Assembly: GCA_963786935.1 (NCBI GenBank)
Contig: CAWBAN010000001.1
Location: forward strand, 160,001 to 224,000
Length of the DNA stretch: 64,000 nt
From: an uncultured bacterium
GTDB taxonomy: Bacteria > Krumholzibacteriota > Krumholzibacteriia > Krumholzibacteriales > Krumholzibacteriaceae
Reading direction: 5' to 3'
Shown: one piece after another, positions 39,631 through 49,392 of the stretch
How positions within the stretch are numbered: position 1 is the stretch's first letter
How the letters are laid out: every line of letters begins with the position of its first letter
Program-made: the position numbers and the translations under genes
The notes under the pieces: generated by a model
Told to the model about the DNA's origin: nothing
What the model saw: the letters and a program-made list of their open reading frames with translations, nothing else
The model's database searches: none

Positions 39631-41066
39631 GCGCAACCGTATTCGAAAAATCGAAGCCCGGCCGCCGCGGGTACCGCATTCCCGAGCATCCGTGCGCCGC
39701 GAAGGCGATCGATCTCCCCGGCCTCCGGTCGGCGCCGCTCGGCCTTCCCGAGATGGGGGAGCAGGACATCGTCCGCCACTACATAGAGCTCGCCTCGAAA
39801 AACTACCACGTGGACAAGGGCATCTACCCGCTCGGGAGCTGCACGATGAAATATAATCCCCTCGTGAACGAGGAGGTCGCGCGGCTCGAGGGATTCGGGG
39901 GGCTGCACCCCGCCCAGGACGAGGCGGATTGCCAGGGCGCGCTCGAGCTGATGGCGCGCCTCGAACGCGCGCTCGCCGGGATCACCGGGATGGAAGCGTT
40001 CACCCTCCAGCCCGCCGCGGGGGCCCACGGGGAGCTCACCGGCATCATGATCGCGCGCGCGTACTTCGCCGACCGCGGCGAGAAGCGGAAGACCGTCCTC
40101 ATTCCGGATTCCGCCCACGGGACGAATCCGGCGAGCGTGGCCATCTGCGGATTCGCGCCGAAGACGATTCAATCGAACGACCGCGGGCTCATCGACCCGG
40201 CCGTGCTCGAGCGGGAGGTGACGGCCGATACGGCCGTGATCATGCTCACGCTCCCGAACACGCTCGGGCTCTTCGAGCCCGAGATCGCCGAGATCGTCCG
40301 CATCGCCCACGCCAAGGGCGCGCTCGTCTACATGGACGGCGCGAACATGAACGCGCTCCTCGGCATCGTGCGCCCGGGAGACGTCGGCATCGACATCATG
40401 CACCTCAATCTCCACAAGACCTTCTCGACGCCGCACGGCGGGGGCGGGCCGGGTTCCGGTCCCGTCGGGGTCGCGAAGCATCTCGTCCCGTTCCTCCCGG
40501 TGCCGCGCGTCGTGGAGCGCGGCGGCGCCTACGCCCTCTCCGCGGACGGGCCGAAATCGATCGGGCGGGTCCATCCCTACCACGGGAACTTCCTCGTGTT
40601 CGTGAAGGCGTACGCGTACGTCCGCTCGCTCGGCGGGCCGGGGCTCCGGGAGGTCTCGGAGAACGCGATCCTCAACGCGAATTACCTTCTCGCCCTGCTC
40701 AAGGGCTCGTACGATCTCAAGTATCCCGGGCCCTGCATGCACGAGTTCGTCCTCTCGGCGCGCAACCTCAAGAAGTTCGGCATCCGCGCGACGGACGTCG
40801 TGAAACGGCTCCTCGATCACGGGATCCACGCGCCGACGGTCTATTTCCCGCTCATCGTCGAGGAGGCGCTCATGATCGAGCCGGTCGAGACGGAGAGCAA
40901 GGAGACGATCGATCGTTTCGCCGAGGTGATGATAAAGATCGCCGGGGAGGCCGAGACGAGCCCCGAGACGCTGCACGAAGCGCCCGTCACGACGCCGGTG
41001 AGGCGTCTCGACGAGGCGGTGGCGGCGCGGTGCCCCGATCTCTGCTGCCCCGGGGATCTCGAATGA
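39627..41066 (+). CDS. gcvPB: Glycine dehydrogenase subunit 2
   Basis: YPLGSCTMKYNP, SAHGTNPAS, HLNLHKTFSTPHGGGGPG. Confidence 0.98.
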   Translation: MSATVFEKSKPGRRGYRIPEHPCAAKAIDLPGLRSAPLGLPEMGEQDIVRHYIELASKNYHVDKGIYPLGSCTMKYNPLVNEEVARLEGFGGLHPAQDEADCQGALELMARLERALAGITGMEAFTLQPAAGAHGELTGIMIARAYFADRGEKRKTVLIPDSAHGTNPASVAICGFAPKTIQSNDRGLIDPAVLEREVTADTAVIMLTLPNTLGLFEPEIAEIVRIAHAKGALVYMDGANMNALLGIVRPGDVGIDIMHLNLHKTFSTPHGGGGPGSGPVGVAKHLVPFLPVPRVVERGGAYALSADGPKSIGRVHPYHGNFLVFVKAYAYVRSLGGPGLREVSENAILNANYLLALLKGSYDLKYPGPCMHEFVLSARNLKKFGIRATDVVKRLLDHGIHAPTVYFPLIVEEALMIEPVETESKETIDRFAEVMIKIAGEAETSPETLHEAPVTTPVRRLDEAVAARCPDLCCPGDLE

Positions 41067-41067
41067 G

Positions 41068-41877
41068 ATGGAAACGTGGCTGTTCCTCGATAGCGGGAGC
41101 GCGCCCGGAGCCGAGAACATGGCCCTGGACGAGCTGCTCCTCGACCGTGCCGAGCGTTCGGGGGGCGCGCCCGTGCTGCGGCTCTATTCGTTCGATCCGC
41201 CGGCGATCACCGTCGGCTTTCACCAGGATCCTGCCCTGATCCTCGACCTCGACGCGGTCCGCGCGGACGGGCTCGAGTGCGTCCGCCGGATCACCGGGGG
41301 CCGGGCGCTCCTCCACGAGAACGAGATCACGTACTGCGTCGTCGCCCCGGCGGGCTCGGCGCTCTTCGATGCGGGGCAGGCGGAGGCGTTCCGACGCATC
41401 TCCGGGGCGATCGCTTCGGCGCTGCGAGAGATCGGGGTGGCGGCCGGCGTTTCGCGGGGGCGCGAGCCGGTGGGGCCGAAAGGGGCCGCCGCGCCGTGCC
41501 TCTCCTCGGTGACGCGCCACGAGCTCGCCGTCGGGGGGAGGAAAATTGCGGGGAGCGCGCAGCGGCGGACCTCCGCCGCGTTCCTCCAGCACGGCTCGAT
41601 TCTCCTCGGGAGCGAAAGCGGGCGCATCGTGAAATATCTCGGGGCCTTGTCCGGCCCGCTCGACGGCCGGATCACGAGCGTATCCGGCGAGCTCGGCCGC
41701 CCGGCGGACCCGGAGGAGCTGCGCGCGCGCATCGCGGCCGCTTTTTCGCTGCTTTTCGCTTCTGCCGGCGAGCCGCTCCGCCTGACCGACCGGGACAGGG
41801 CGGAAATCGCCGAGCGCGCGCTCGCGAAGCGCCGGGAGTCGCTCGCGTGGATCGCCGGGGAGGTATGTCCCCGATGA
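41068..41877 (+). CDS. Lipoate-protein ligase A family / LipM-like octanoyltransferase
   Basis: NMALDE.LL, VRRITGGRALLH, RKIAGSAQRR, LQHGSI; adjacent to gcv genes. Confidence 0.9.
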   Translation: METWLFLDSGSAPGAENMALDELLLDRAERSGGAPVLRLYSFDPPAITVGFHQDPALILDLDAVRADGLECVRRITGGRALLHENEITYCVVAPAGSALFDAGQAEAFRRISGAIASALREIGVAAGVSRGREPVGPKGAAAPCLSSVTRHELAVGGRKIAGSAQRRTSAAFLQHGSILLGSESGRIVKYLGALSGPLDGRITSVSGELGRPADPEELRARIAAAFSLLFASAGEPLRLTDRDRAEIAERALAKRRESLAWIAGEVCPR

Positions 41878-42854
41878 GAGGCTTTCTGGCGCGGCGCCTG
41901 ATCCAGTCTCTCGTGCTCCTCTTCATCGTGCTCACGATCACCTTCTTTCTCCTCCGGCTCGCGCCGGGGGATCCGATGTCGCGCTACGACAATCCCGATT
42001 TCAGCCCCGAGACGGTGCGCGGCATCCGGGAGAGCCTCGGACTCGACAAGCCGCTCGCCGAGCAGTACGTCCGGTGGATCGGGAGCTTCGCGCGGGGGGA
42101 TTTCGGCGTGAGCCTCCGCTACCGGCGGCCGGTGCGGGATCTCCTCGCCGAGGCGATTCCGAACACGCTGCGCCTCACCGTCGCCGCGCTCGCGCTCCAT
42201 CTCGTCCTCGGCATACTCCTCGGCGTGCTCTCCGCGGCGAAGCGGTACTCCCCGTTCGACCGGGCGAACACGCTCGCCGCGCTCTTCGTCTATTCGATTC
42301 CCTCGTTCTGGCTCGCCCTCATGCTCATTCTCGTGTTTTCCCTGAAGCTCGGGATCCTGCCGTCGTCCCACATGCAGTCGCTCGACGCCGAAGGCCTCTC
42401 GGCGTTCTCCCTCTTTCTCGATCGGGCGCGGCACCTCGTGCTGCCGGCCTTCGTCCTCGGCGTCGCCTCGGCGGCGAGCACGGCGCGGTACATGCGCGGC
42501 TCGATGCTCGACGCACTGCGCGAGGATTACATCAGGACGGCGCGCGCGAAGGGGCTGCCGGAATCCCGCGTCTTCTTCAAGCACGCGTTCAAGAACGCGG
42601 CGCTGCCCGTCGTGACGATCGTGGGGCTGAGCCTCCCGTTCCTCTTCGGGGGGGCGGTCGTCGTCGAAACGATATTCTCGTGGCCGGGCATGGGACGGCT
42701 CGCCGTCGACGCCATCTACGCCCGCGATTACCCGACGGTGCTCGCGATCAACTTCACGGTCGCGGCGATCGTCATTTTCGGCAATCTCCTGACCGACGTC
42801 GCGTACGGGCTCCTCGATCCGCGGATCGCCGTCGGCGGCGGGAGGAACGGATGA
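41874..42854 (+). CDS. Peptide/nickel ABC transporter permease (OppB/DppB family)
   Basis: LAPGDP, LGLDKPL..QY, YIRTARAKGL, ETIFSWPGMG; start overlaps upstream stop (ATGA). Confidence 0.93.
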   Translation: MRGFLARRLIQSLVLLFIVLTITFFLLRLAPGDPMSRYDNPDFSPETVRGIRESLGLDKPLAEQYVRWIGSFARGDFGVSLRYRRPVRDLLAEAIPNTLRLTVAALALHLVLGILLGVLSAAKRYSPFDRANTLAALFVYSIPSFWLALMLILVFSLKLGILPSSHMQSLDAEGLSAFSLFLDRARHLVLPAFVLGVASAASTARYMRGSMLDALREDYIRTARAKGLPESRVFFKHAFKNAALPVVTIVGLSLPFLFGGAVVVETIFSWPGMGRLAVDAIYARDYPTVLAINFTVAAIVIFGNLLTDVAYGLLDPRIAVGGGRNG

Positions 42855-42882
42855 TCGGCGCCCGCGCGCGCCGGAAGGCCGT

Positions 42883-43770
42883 ATGAACGAGTACGACGAA
42901 GAACGCTCGATCGCGCCGGCGCCCCGGGGCCTCTGGTCGGCGGGATGGAAGCGCTTCCGCCGGAACCGGTTCGGCATGGCGGGGGCGCTGGTCGTGCTTG
43001 CGCTCTATCTCGTCGCGATCGCAGCACCGCTCCTGACGCCGTACGATCCGATCGCGCAGGGGGACGTGCCGCGGATGCGCTACGTCGCGCCGTGCCCGGA
43101 GCATCCGCTCGGCACCGACAAGTTCGGGCGGGACGTGTTCGCCCGGGTCGTGTACGGCTCGCGCATCTCGCTCACGATCGGATTGCTCGCCGCCGCGATC
43201 ACCGTGATCCTCGGCTCGATCGTGGGGGCGGCGGCGGGCTACTTCGGCGGGGCGGTCGACGCGATTCTCATGCGGATCGTCGACGCGCTGCTGTCGATCC
43301 CGCGGCTCTTCCTGCTCCTCACCTGCGTGGCGCTCTTCTCCGGATCGGTGTGGCTCATCGTCGTGCTGCTCGGGGCGACCGGCTGGATGGCGACCGCGCG
43401 CCTCGTGCGCGCGCAGGTGCTCGCGCTCAAGAATCTCGACTACGTGAAGGCCGCCGAGGCGCTCGGCGCGCGGGGGCGGGGCGTGATCTGGCGGCACCTC
43501 ATTCCGAACACGATGAGCGTCATCATCGTCGCGGCGACGCTGCGGATCGGCGGGATCATCCTCGCCGAGGCGTCCCTCGGCTTCCTCGGGCTCGGCGTGC
43601 CGCCGCCGGCGCCGAGCTGGGGCCAGATGGTGTTCGAGGGACGTGAGACGCTGCTGGGTGCCTGGTGGCTTTCGACCTTTCCAGGAATCGCGATTGCTGT
43701 TACCGTGATCGGGTTCAATCTCCTCGGCGACGCGCTGAAAGACGCGTTCGATCCGAGACAGATCGTGTGA
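42883..43770 (+). CDS. Peptide/nickel ABC transporter permease (OppC/DppC family)
   Basis: HPLGTDKFGRD, GSRISL, RHLIPN, EASLGFLGLG, NLLGDAL. Confidence 0.93.
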   Translation: MNEYDEERSIAPAPRGLWSAGWKRFRRNRFGMAGALVVLALYLVAIAAPLLTPYDPIAQGDVPRMRYVAPCPEHPLGTDKFGRDVFARVVYGSRISLTIGLLAAAITVILGSIVGAAAGYFGGAVDAILMRIVDALLSIPRLFLLLTCVALFSGSVWLIVVLLGATGWMATARLVRAQVLALKNLDYVKAAEALGARGRGVIWRHLIPNTMSVIIVAATLRIGGIILAEASLGFLGLGVPPPAPSWGQMVFEGRETLLGAWWLSTFPGIAIAVTVIGFNLLGDALKDAFDPRQIV

Positions 43771-43822
43771 CGCGCTGCGCGCGCGAGCGGGGCGCCCGGC
43801 CGCTCCCCCCGCGCCTGAAGGT

Positions 43823-44788
43823 ATGGAAACGCTGCTCAAGGTGGACAATCTCCGGACGGTCTTCGAGACGGCGCAGGGGATCGCGCGCGTCGTCGACGGG
43901 GTAGGCTTCGATATCGCGCCCGCGGAAGCGGTCGGGCTCGTCGGCGAGTCGGGCTGCGGGAAGAGCATGACGGCCCTCTCGATCATGCGTCTCGTCTCGG
44001 CTCCCGGCCGGATCGACGGAGGCTCGATCCTTTTCGAGGGGCGCGACCTCCTCGCGCTCCCCGAGAAGGAGATGCGGCGCGTTCGGGGTAACAAGATATC
44101 GATCGTGTTCCAGGAGCCTCTCACGAGCCTCAATCCGGTGTTCACCTGCGGGGAGCAGGTGCGCGAGGCGATCGCCCTGCACCAGAAGCTCTCCCGGGCC
44201 GATTCGAAGGCGAAGGCGATCGAGATGCTCCGGCTCGTGCGGATTCCCGATCCCGAAAAACGCTACGGCGCCTATCCGCACCAGATGAGCGGCGGGATGC
44301 GCCAGCGCGTGATGATCGCGATGGCGCTGAGCTGCGAGCCCCGGCTCCTCCTCGCGGACGAGCCGACGAGCGCGCTCGACGTGTCGGTGCAGGGGCAGAT
44401 CATCGAGCTCCTCGCGGATCTCCGCGATTCGATGCGGATGGCGGTGCTCCTCATCACGCACGACCTCGCCGTCGTCGCGCAGATGGCGAGCCGCGTCCTC
44501 GTCATGTACGCCGGGGTGATCGTCGAGGAGGCCCCGGTCGGTCCGCTCTTCGCGTGCCCCGCCCACCCGTACACGGAGGGGCTCCTCGGCTCGATCGCGA
44601 AGCTCGGGCGCGCCGCGGGGAGGCTCGCGATGATTCCGGGAAACGTGCCCGATCCGTTCGGGCTTCCGCCGGGCTGCCGGTTCAGCGACCGGTGCCCGAA
44701 GCGGTTCGAGAAATGCTCCGCGGCGGAGCCGCCGCTCATCGAGGTGTCGCCGGGGCGCCGCGCGCGCTGCTGGCTGTGCGGAGGATGA
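43823..44788 (+). CDS. Peptide ABC transporter ATP-binding protein (OppD/DppD family)
   Basis: GESGCGKS, YPHQMSGGMRQR, HPYT, GCRF..RC C-terminus. Confidence 0.95.
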   Translation: METLLKVDNLRTVFETAQGIARVVDGVGFDIAPAEAVGLVGESGCGKSMTALSIMRLVSAPGRIDGGSILFEGRDLLALPEKEMRRVRGNKISIVFQEPLTSLNPVFTCGEQVREAIALHQKLSRADSKAKAIEMLRLVRIPDPEKRYGAYPHQMSGGMRQRVMIAMALSCEPRLLLADEPTSALDVSVQGQIIELLADLRDSMRMAVLLITHDLAVVAQMASRVLVMYAGVIVEEAPVGPLFACPAHPYTEGLLGSIAKLGRAAGRLAMIPGNVPDPFGLPPGCRFSDRCPKRFEKCSAAEPPLIEVSPGRRARCWLCGG

Positions 44789-44790
44789 CG

Positions 44791-45771
44791 ATGGAGATCT
44801 TCAGGGCGCAGGAGATCCGGAAGTACTACCGCTCGTCGGCGGGGCTCTTCTTCGGGAGCAGTACCGTCGTGAAGGCGGTCGACGGCGTCGACGTCACCCT
44901 CGAGCGCGGCGCCACGCTCGGGCTCGTCGGCGAGTCCGGCTGCGGCAAGAGCACGCTGGCGCGCGTCCTCATCCGCCTCGAGGAGCCGACGGCGGGGACG
45001 ATCGCGCTCGGGGGGGAGGATTTCCTCGCCCTCAGGGGGAAGGAGCTCCGCGCCGCGAGACGGCGGATACAGATGGTGTTCCAGGATCCCTACTCCTCCC
45101 TCAATCCCCGTCTCAGCGTGGGGAGCACGATCGCCGAGGGAATCCGGATTCACAAGCTCGCCCGGGGAGCCGCGGTGAAAGAGCGCGTCGCGCAGCTCCT
45201 CGACCGGGTCGGACTGCCCGCGTCGGCGGCCTCGAAGTATCCGCACGAGTTCTCGGGAGGCCAGCGGCAGCGCATCGGCATCGCGCGCTCGCTCGCCGTC
45301 GAGCCCGAGGTGCTCATCGCGGACGAGCCCGTGAGCGCCCTCGACGTGAGCGTCCGCGCGCAGATACTCAACCTGCTGAAGGACCTCCAGCGCGATATGG
45401 GGCTGACCTACCTCTTCATCGCCCACGATCTCGGGATCGTCGAGCACATGAGCGACGCGGTGGCGGTGATGTACTGCGGGAAAATAGTCGAGCGGGCGAC
45501 GACGGCGGAGCTGTTCCGGGAACCGCTGCATCCCTACACGGAGGGGCTCATCGCCTCGGTGCCCGTCGCCGATCCGTCGGGCGCGCGGGTCCGGGCGGCG
45601 ATTCCGGGGGACGTGCCGAGCCCCGTGCACATCCCGCCCGGCTGCGCGTTCAACCCGCGGTGCCCGCGCGTGATGGACATCTGTCGCCTCCAGCGTCCCG
45701 AGCTCGTCGAGATCCGCCCCGGACGCGCGGTGCGCTGCTGGCTCCGCGTCCCCCACGGAGAGCCGCGATGA
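44791..45771 (+). CDS. Peptide ABC transporter ATP-binding protein (OppF/DppF family)
   Basis: KAVDGV, GESGCGKST, FQDPYSSLNPR, YPHEFSGGQRQR; start 44791 (alternative 44785). Confidence 0.95.
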   Translation: MEIFRAQEIRKYYRSSAGLFFGSSTVVKAVDGVDVTLERGATLGLVGESGCGKSTLARVLIRLEEPTAGTIALGGEDFLALRGKELRAARRRIQMVFQDPYSSLNPRLSVGSTIAEGIRIHKLARGAAVKERVAQLLDRVGLPASAASKYPHEFSGGQRQRIGIARSLAVEPEVLIADEPVSALDVSVRAQILNLLKDLQRDMGLTYLFIAHDLGIVEHMSDAVAVMYCGKIVERATTAELFREPLHPYTEGLIASVPVADPSGARVRAAIPGDVPSPVHIPPGCAFNPRCPRVMDICRLQRPELVEIRPGRAVRCWLRVPHGEPR

Positions 45772-45778
45772 TCGGGGG

Positions 45779-45808
45779 CGCCGGGAGCCTCCATCCCGGC
45801 GGCTTTTC
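45779..45808 (+). terminator. Putative terminator after ABC genes
   Basis: GCCGGGA-GCCTCCA-TCCCGGC hairpin followed by GGCTTTT. Confidence 0.5.
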
Positions 45809-45810
45809 AT

Positions 45811-45839
45811 TTGACATGCGGCCTGCCCTGCCCTAAATT
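45811..45839 (+). promoter_or_regulatory. Putative sigma70 promoter of V-type ATPase operon
   Basis: TTGACA, 17 nt spacer, TAAATT. Confidence 0.7.
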
Positions 45840-45935
45840 ATTAAGGTTTAACGGGTAATTTATACCCATTCCGTATATCAGGACGCGTTCATATCAATTC
45901 CAGAACACGCGAACGCCTCTTCGCAGGAGCAGCCG

Positions 45936-46253
45936 ATGATTGAGGAGCATCTGAATCTCATCCGTTCGAAGGAAGCGGAATCACGGGATCGCATCGCGGC
46001 GTCCGAGGCGGAGGCCGCCGCCCTCGTCGAGCGGGAACGCGAGAATGCCGCGAAGCTGCTCGACGAAGAGAAGCTCAAGGCCGCCGAGCTCGAACGCTCG
46101 CTCCTCGCCGCCGCGCGGCGGAACGCCGATCAGAGGATTTCGGCGCTCCGCGCCGAGAACGCAAAGAAGCTCGCCGGGCTCGCCGTTCTCGCCAGAAAAA
46201 ACTACGAGAAGGCGATCGATGCGATTCTGAAGGAGTTCCGCGAGGACGTCTAG
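45936..46253 (+). CDS. V/A-type ATPase peripheral stalk subunit G/H
   Basis: 105-aa Ala/Glu/Arg-rich coiled coil, first gene of the operon, AGGAG RBS. Confidence 0.75.
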   Translation: MIEEHLNLIRSKEAESRDRIAASEAEAAALVERERENAAKLLDEEKLKAAELERSLLAAARRNADQRISALRAENAKKLAGLAVLARKNYEKAIDAILKEFREDV

Positions 46254-46301
46254 ATTCGCATTCGCGCGCCTCGTTTTTCGGGTCGTTCGGGAGAGAATTC
46301 C

Positions 46302-48275
46302 ATGGCCGTCAGCCGAATGCTGAAAGCCCAGCTGATCGTCCACGCCGCGGTGAAGGATGAGGTCACGGCGTTTCTGCGCGAGGCGGGCGTCGTCGAGATC
46401 ACCGACGTATCGCTCGAGGGATTCCGCGGGGGGATCGACGAGGAAGGGACGGGGCGTTTCGCCCGGCTCGCCGAGCGGGCCGATTCGGCGATCCGTTTTC
46501 TCGATACGTACACGAAGAAGCTCACCTTCGCGGAGCGTCTCCGCAGCGGCCCGCTGCGCGTCTCCGCGGCCGACGTCGAGAAGGCGATGGCCGCCGTCGA
46601 CGTCGAGCAGGCGGCCCGGCGCTGCGCGGATCTCGAAGCCGAGATGCGGAAATGCGGCGACGAGCTCGCGTGGAGCATGAACCTCGTCCGCGAGCTCGAG
46701 CCGTGGCGATCGATCGCGAGCCCCCTCGAGTCCCTCGCCACCGCCCGGTACGCCGTTCAATTCTGGACGTTTCCCGAGAAGGTCTTCGACGCCGCGATCG
46801 CGCAGGCGCACGCGGCGCATCCGTTCATCGAGTGGACGATCGTATCCCGCGAGGCGGGCAAGGCGTATACGGCCGTCATCGCGCCCCGGGAGGAAACCGA
46901 GCCGGTCGCCGAGATGCTCAAGCAGGCCGGGGGGGTCCGGAGCGCGTTCGAAACGCTGTCCGGCGCGCCGGCCGACATCATAGAGCGGGAAAGAGGCGGC
47001 TGGGCCTCGATCGAGGCGACGATCTCCCGGCTCGAGGGCGAGGCCCGCGAGCTCGCCGGGCTTCGGCCCGAGCTGCTCATCCTCTCCGATCATTTCCGCG
47101 AACGGCACGGGCTCCTCGAGGCCGAGCGCCACTTCCACCGCACGGAGCGCACGTTCGTGCTCGAGGGATGGATGCGCGCGGTCGACAAGCGGAGGATCGA
47201 GAAGGAGCTCGCGAAGCGATGGAGCGAGGTCGATTTCTTCACGCGGCCGCCGCGCGACGGGGAGGACCCGCCGTCAGAGCTCGAGAACAGGCCGGCCGTC
47301 AAGCCGTTCGAATTCATCATGACGCTGTACGGGAGGCCGCTCTACGGCGAGATCGATCCGACGCCGCTCTTCGCGCCGTTCTTCATCCTCTGCTTCTCGA
47401 TCTGCATGAGCGACTTCGGGTACGGGTTCCTGCTCGCCGGCCTGTGCGCGCTCTTTCTCTTCAAGTTCAGGATCCAGGGGGGGATGCGGCAGCTCTTCAC
47501 GGTGATCTTCATCGGCGCGCTCGTCACCCTCGTCGTCGGGATCCTGACCGGCGGCTACTTCGGCATAGACGCGCGGCTGCTCCCCGAATCGCTCACGAGG
47601 CTCATCCTCATCAATCCGCTCGAGGAGCCGATGCGGATGCTCAACATCGCGTTCCTCATCGGATTCGTGCATATCCTGTTCGGCATCGGGGTGAAGGCGG
47701 CGATCGATTTCCGCGCCGGCCTCTGGATGGACGCGGTCTTCGACGATATAGGCTGGATCCTCTTCCTCATCGCGCTCGCGCCGCTTTGCTTCGCGTACGT
47801 TCTCGGGGGCTCGGCGCCGGCGCCGGTGCTCTTCTGGTGCGGCCGCGCCGCCCTCGTTCTCGCCGTCGCGCTGTTCGTCACGGGGGCGCGAAAGGAGAAG
47901 AACAAGCTCGTCGGGGGCTTCAAGAGCCTCCTCAAGTTCTACAGCGTCACGGGCTATTTCTCGGACGTGCTCTCGTACGCCCGTCTCCTCGCGCTCGGGC
48001 TCGCCTCGGCCGCGATCGCCGTCGCCATCAACAGCATCGCCGATATGGTGAAGGGGCTCCCCTTCTATACAGGCTACGTCGCCGCCGTCGTCGTCCTCAT
48101 CGGAGGGCACGCGTTCAATCTCGCGGTGAACGTGCTCGGCGCCTTCGTTCACTCGGCGCGACTTCAATACCTCGAGTTCTTCAACAAGTTCTTCACGGGG
48201 GGCGGGCGCGAGTTCCGTCCCTTCAGGAGCGAACGTCGTTACACGATCGTCAGGGAAACGGGAACCAAAGTCTAA
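46302..48275 (+). CDS. atpI: V/A-type ATP synthase subunit I (a)
   Basis: EIDPTP, DFGYG, SDVLSYARLLALGL, VHSARLQYLEFF. Confidence 0.97.
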   Translation: MAVSRMLKAQLIVHAAVKDEVTAFLREAGVVEITDVSLEGFRGGIDEEGTGRFARLAERADSAIRFLDTYTKKLTFAERLRSGPLRVSAADVEKAMAAVDVEQAARRCADLEAEMRKCGDELAWSMNLVRELEPWRSIASPLESLATARYAVQFWTFPEKVFDAAIAQAHAAHPFIEWTIVSREAGKAYTAVIAPREETEPVAEMLKQAGGVRSAFETLSGAPADIIERERGGWASIEATISRLEGEARELAGLRPELLILSDHFRERHGLLEAERHFHRTERTFVLEGWMRAVDKRRIEKELAKRWSEVDFFTRPPRDGEDPPSELENRPAVKPFEFIMTLYGRPLYGEIDPTPLFAPFFILCFSICMSDFGYGFLLAGLCALFLFKFRIQGGMRQLFTVIFIGALVTLVVGILTGGYFGIDARLLPESLTRLILINPLEEPMRMLNIAFLIGFVHILFGIGVKAAIDFRAGLWMDAVFDDIGWILFLIALAPLCFAYVLGGSAPAPVLFWCGRAALVLAVALFVTGARKEKNKLVGGFKSLLKFYSVTGYFSDVLSYARLLALGLASAAIAVAINSIADMVKGLPFYTGYVAAVVVLIGGHAFNLAVNVLGAFVHSARLQYLEFFNKFFTGGGREFRPFRSERRYTIVRETGTKV

Positions 48276-48290
48276 CGGAAGGAGAAGGGT

Positions 48291-48767
48291 ATGCTCGGTT
48301 TCATGTTGGTGCTCCTGGGAGCCGCGCTCGCCGCGGGGCTCGCCGGGACCGGTTCGGCGGTCGGCTGCGGCATCGTCGGTATGGCGGCGAGCGGCGTGGT
48401 GAGCGAGGACCCGAGCAAGTTCGGGCGCCTGCTGCTGCTCCAGGCCCTGCCGGGGACGCAGGGTATCTACGGAATGGTGGCCCTCTTCATGATCATCAAC
48501 AAGGTCGTCGGGTGGGGCGTGCCGCTCAACGAGATTCCGGTGCGGACGGGGCTCGAAATGCTCGCGGCCGCGCTGCCGATCGCGATCGCCGGATTTTCAT
48601 CGGGAATATACCAGGGCAAGGTCTGCGCGGCGGCGTGCAGCCTCACGGCGAAACGCCCGAACGAGGTCGGCAAGGGCCTCGTCTTCGGCGTGGTCATCGA
48701 GACCTACGCGGTGCTCGGACTCCTCGCCACCATTCTCCTCCTGCAGCGGATCACCCTGCAGGCCTGA
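48291..48767 (+). CDS. atpK: V/A-type ATP synthase subunit K (c), four-helix type
   Basis: GSAVG, LPGTQGIYG, IYQGKV, IETYAV. Confidence 0.97.
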   Translation: MLGFMLVLLGAALAAGLAGTGSAVGCGIVGMAASGVVSEDPSKFGRLLLLQALPGTQGIYGMVALFMIINKVVGWGVPLNEIPVRTGLEMLAAALPIAIAGFSSGIYQGKVCAAACSLTAKRPNEVGKGLVFGVVIETYAVLGLLATILLLQRITLQA

Positions 48768-48791
48768 TTTCGCGACTGACAGGAAGGCACC

Positions 48792-49382
48792 ATGTCGATC
48801 GAGAACATCGTGAAGCGAATCGATGAAGAGACCGGCGCGGCGGTCGCCGGGATCCTCGGCGCGGCCGGGGAGCGCGCCGCCGCCGTCGGCGACGAAGCCG
48901 CCCGTGCGGGCGAGAAGCTCCGCGGCGAGCTCGAAGCGCGCGCGCGCGCGAAGGCAGGCGACGAAGAGCGGCGGCTCATCGTCGGCGAAGAGCTCGAGCT
49001 CCGCAAGGCCGCCCTCGTGCGCAAGCGCGAGATTCTCGGCGAGGTGTACGCCGAGGCGCGGAAGCGGATCGAGCACCTCACGCCGGACGAATATCTGAAG
49101 CTCATGGCGGCGCTCATCCTGAAGAACGCGGTTTCGGGGCGCGAGGAGATCGTCGTTCCCGCCGCGCAGCGGGGCATGTTCGACGCGGCGTTCGTCGACG
49201 CGTTGAACCGCGCGCGCGGCGCGGGCGCGGCGTTTTCGCTCGCCGGAACCCCCGGAGACTTCGCGTGGGGGGTCGTCCTGCGCGAGGGACAGCGCCGGGT
49301 CGATCTTACGCTCGACGTGATTTTCAGGCAGCTCGCGGAGCGCGTCGAATCAGCCGTCGCCGGGCTCCTGTTCCCCGGGTAG
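48792..49382 (+). CDS. atpE: V/A-type ATP synthase subunit E
   Basis: MSIENIV..I coiled-coil N-terminus, GVVL..VD.TLD C-domain; operon position. Confidence 0.88.
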   Translation: MSIENIVKRIDEETGAAVAGILGAAGERAAAVGDEAARAGEKLRGELEARARAKAGDEERRLIVGEELELRKAALVRKREILGEVYAEARKRIEHLTPDEYLKLMAALILKNAVSGREEIVVPAAQRGMFDAAFVDALNRARGAGAAFSLAGTPGDFAWGVVLREGQRRVDLTLDVIFRQLAERVESAVAGLLFPG

Positions 49383-49392
49383 AGGAGAACGC

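Noticed and set aside
42851..42886. Short ORF MIGARARRKAV between the ABC permeases suggesting a frameshifted start
   Set aside because: The downstream permease is intact from 42883; no slippery site or missing domain evident
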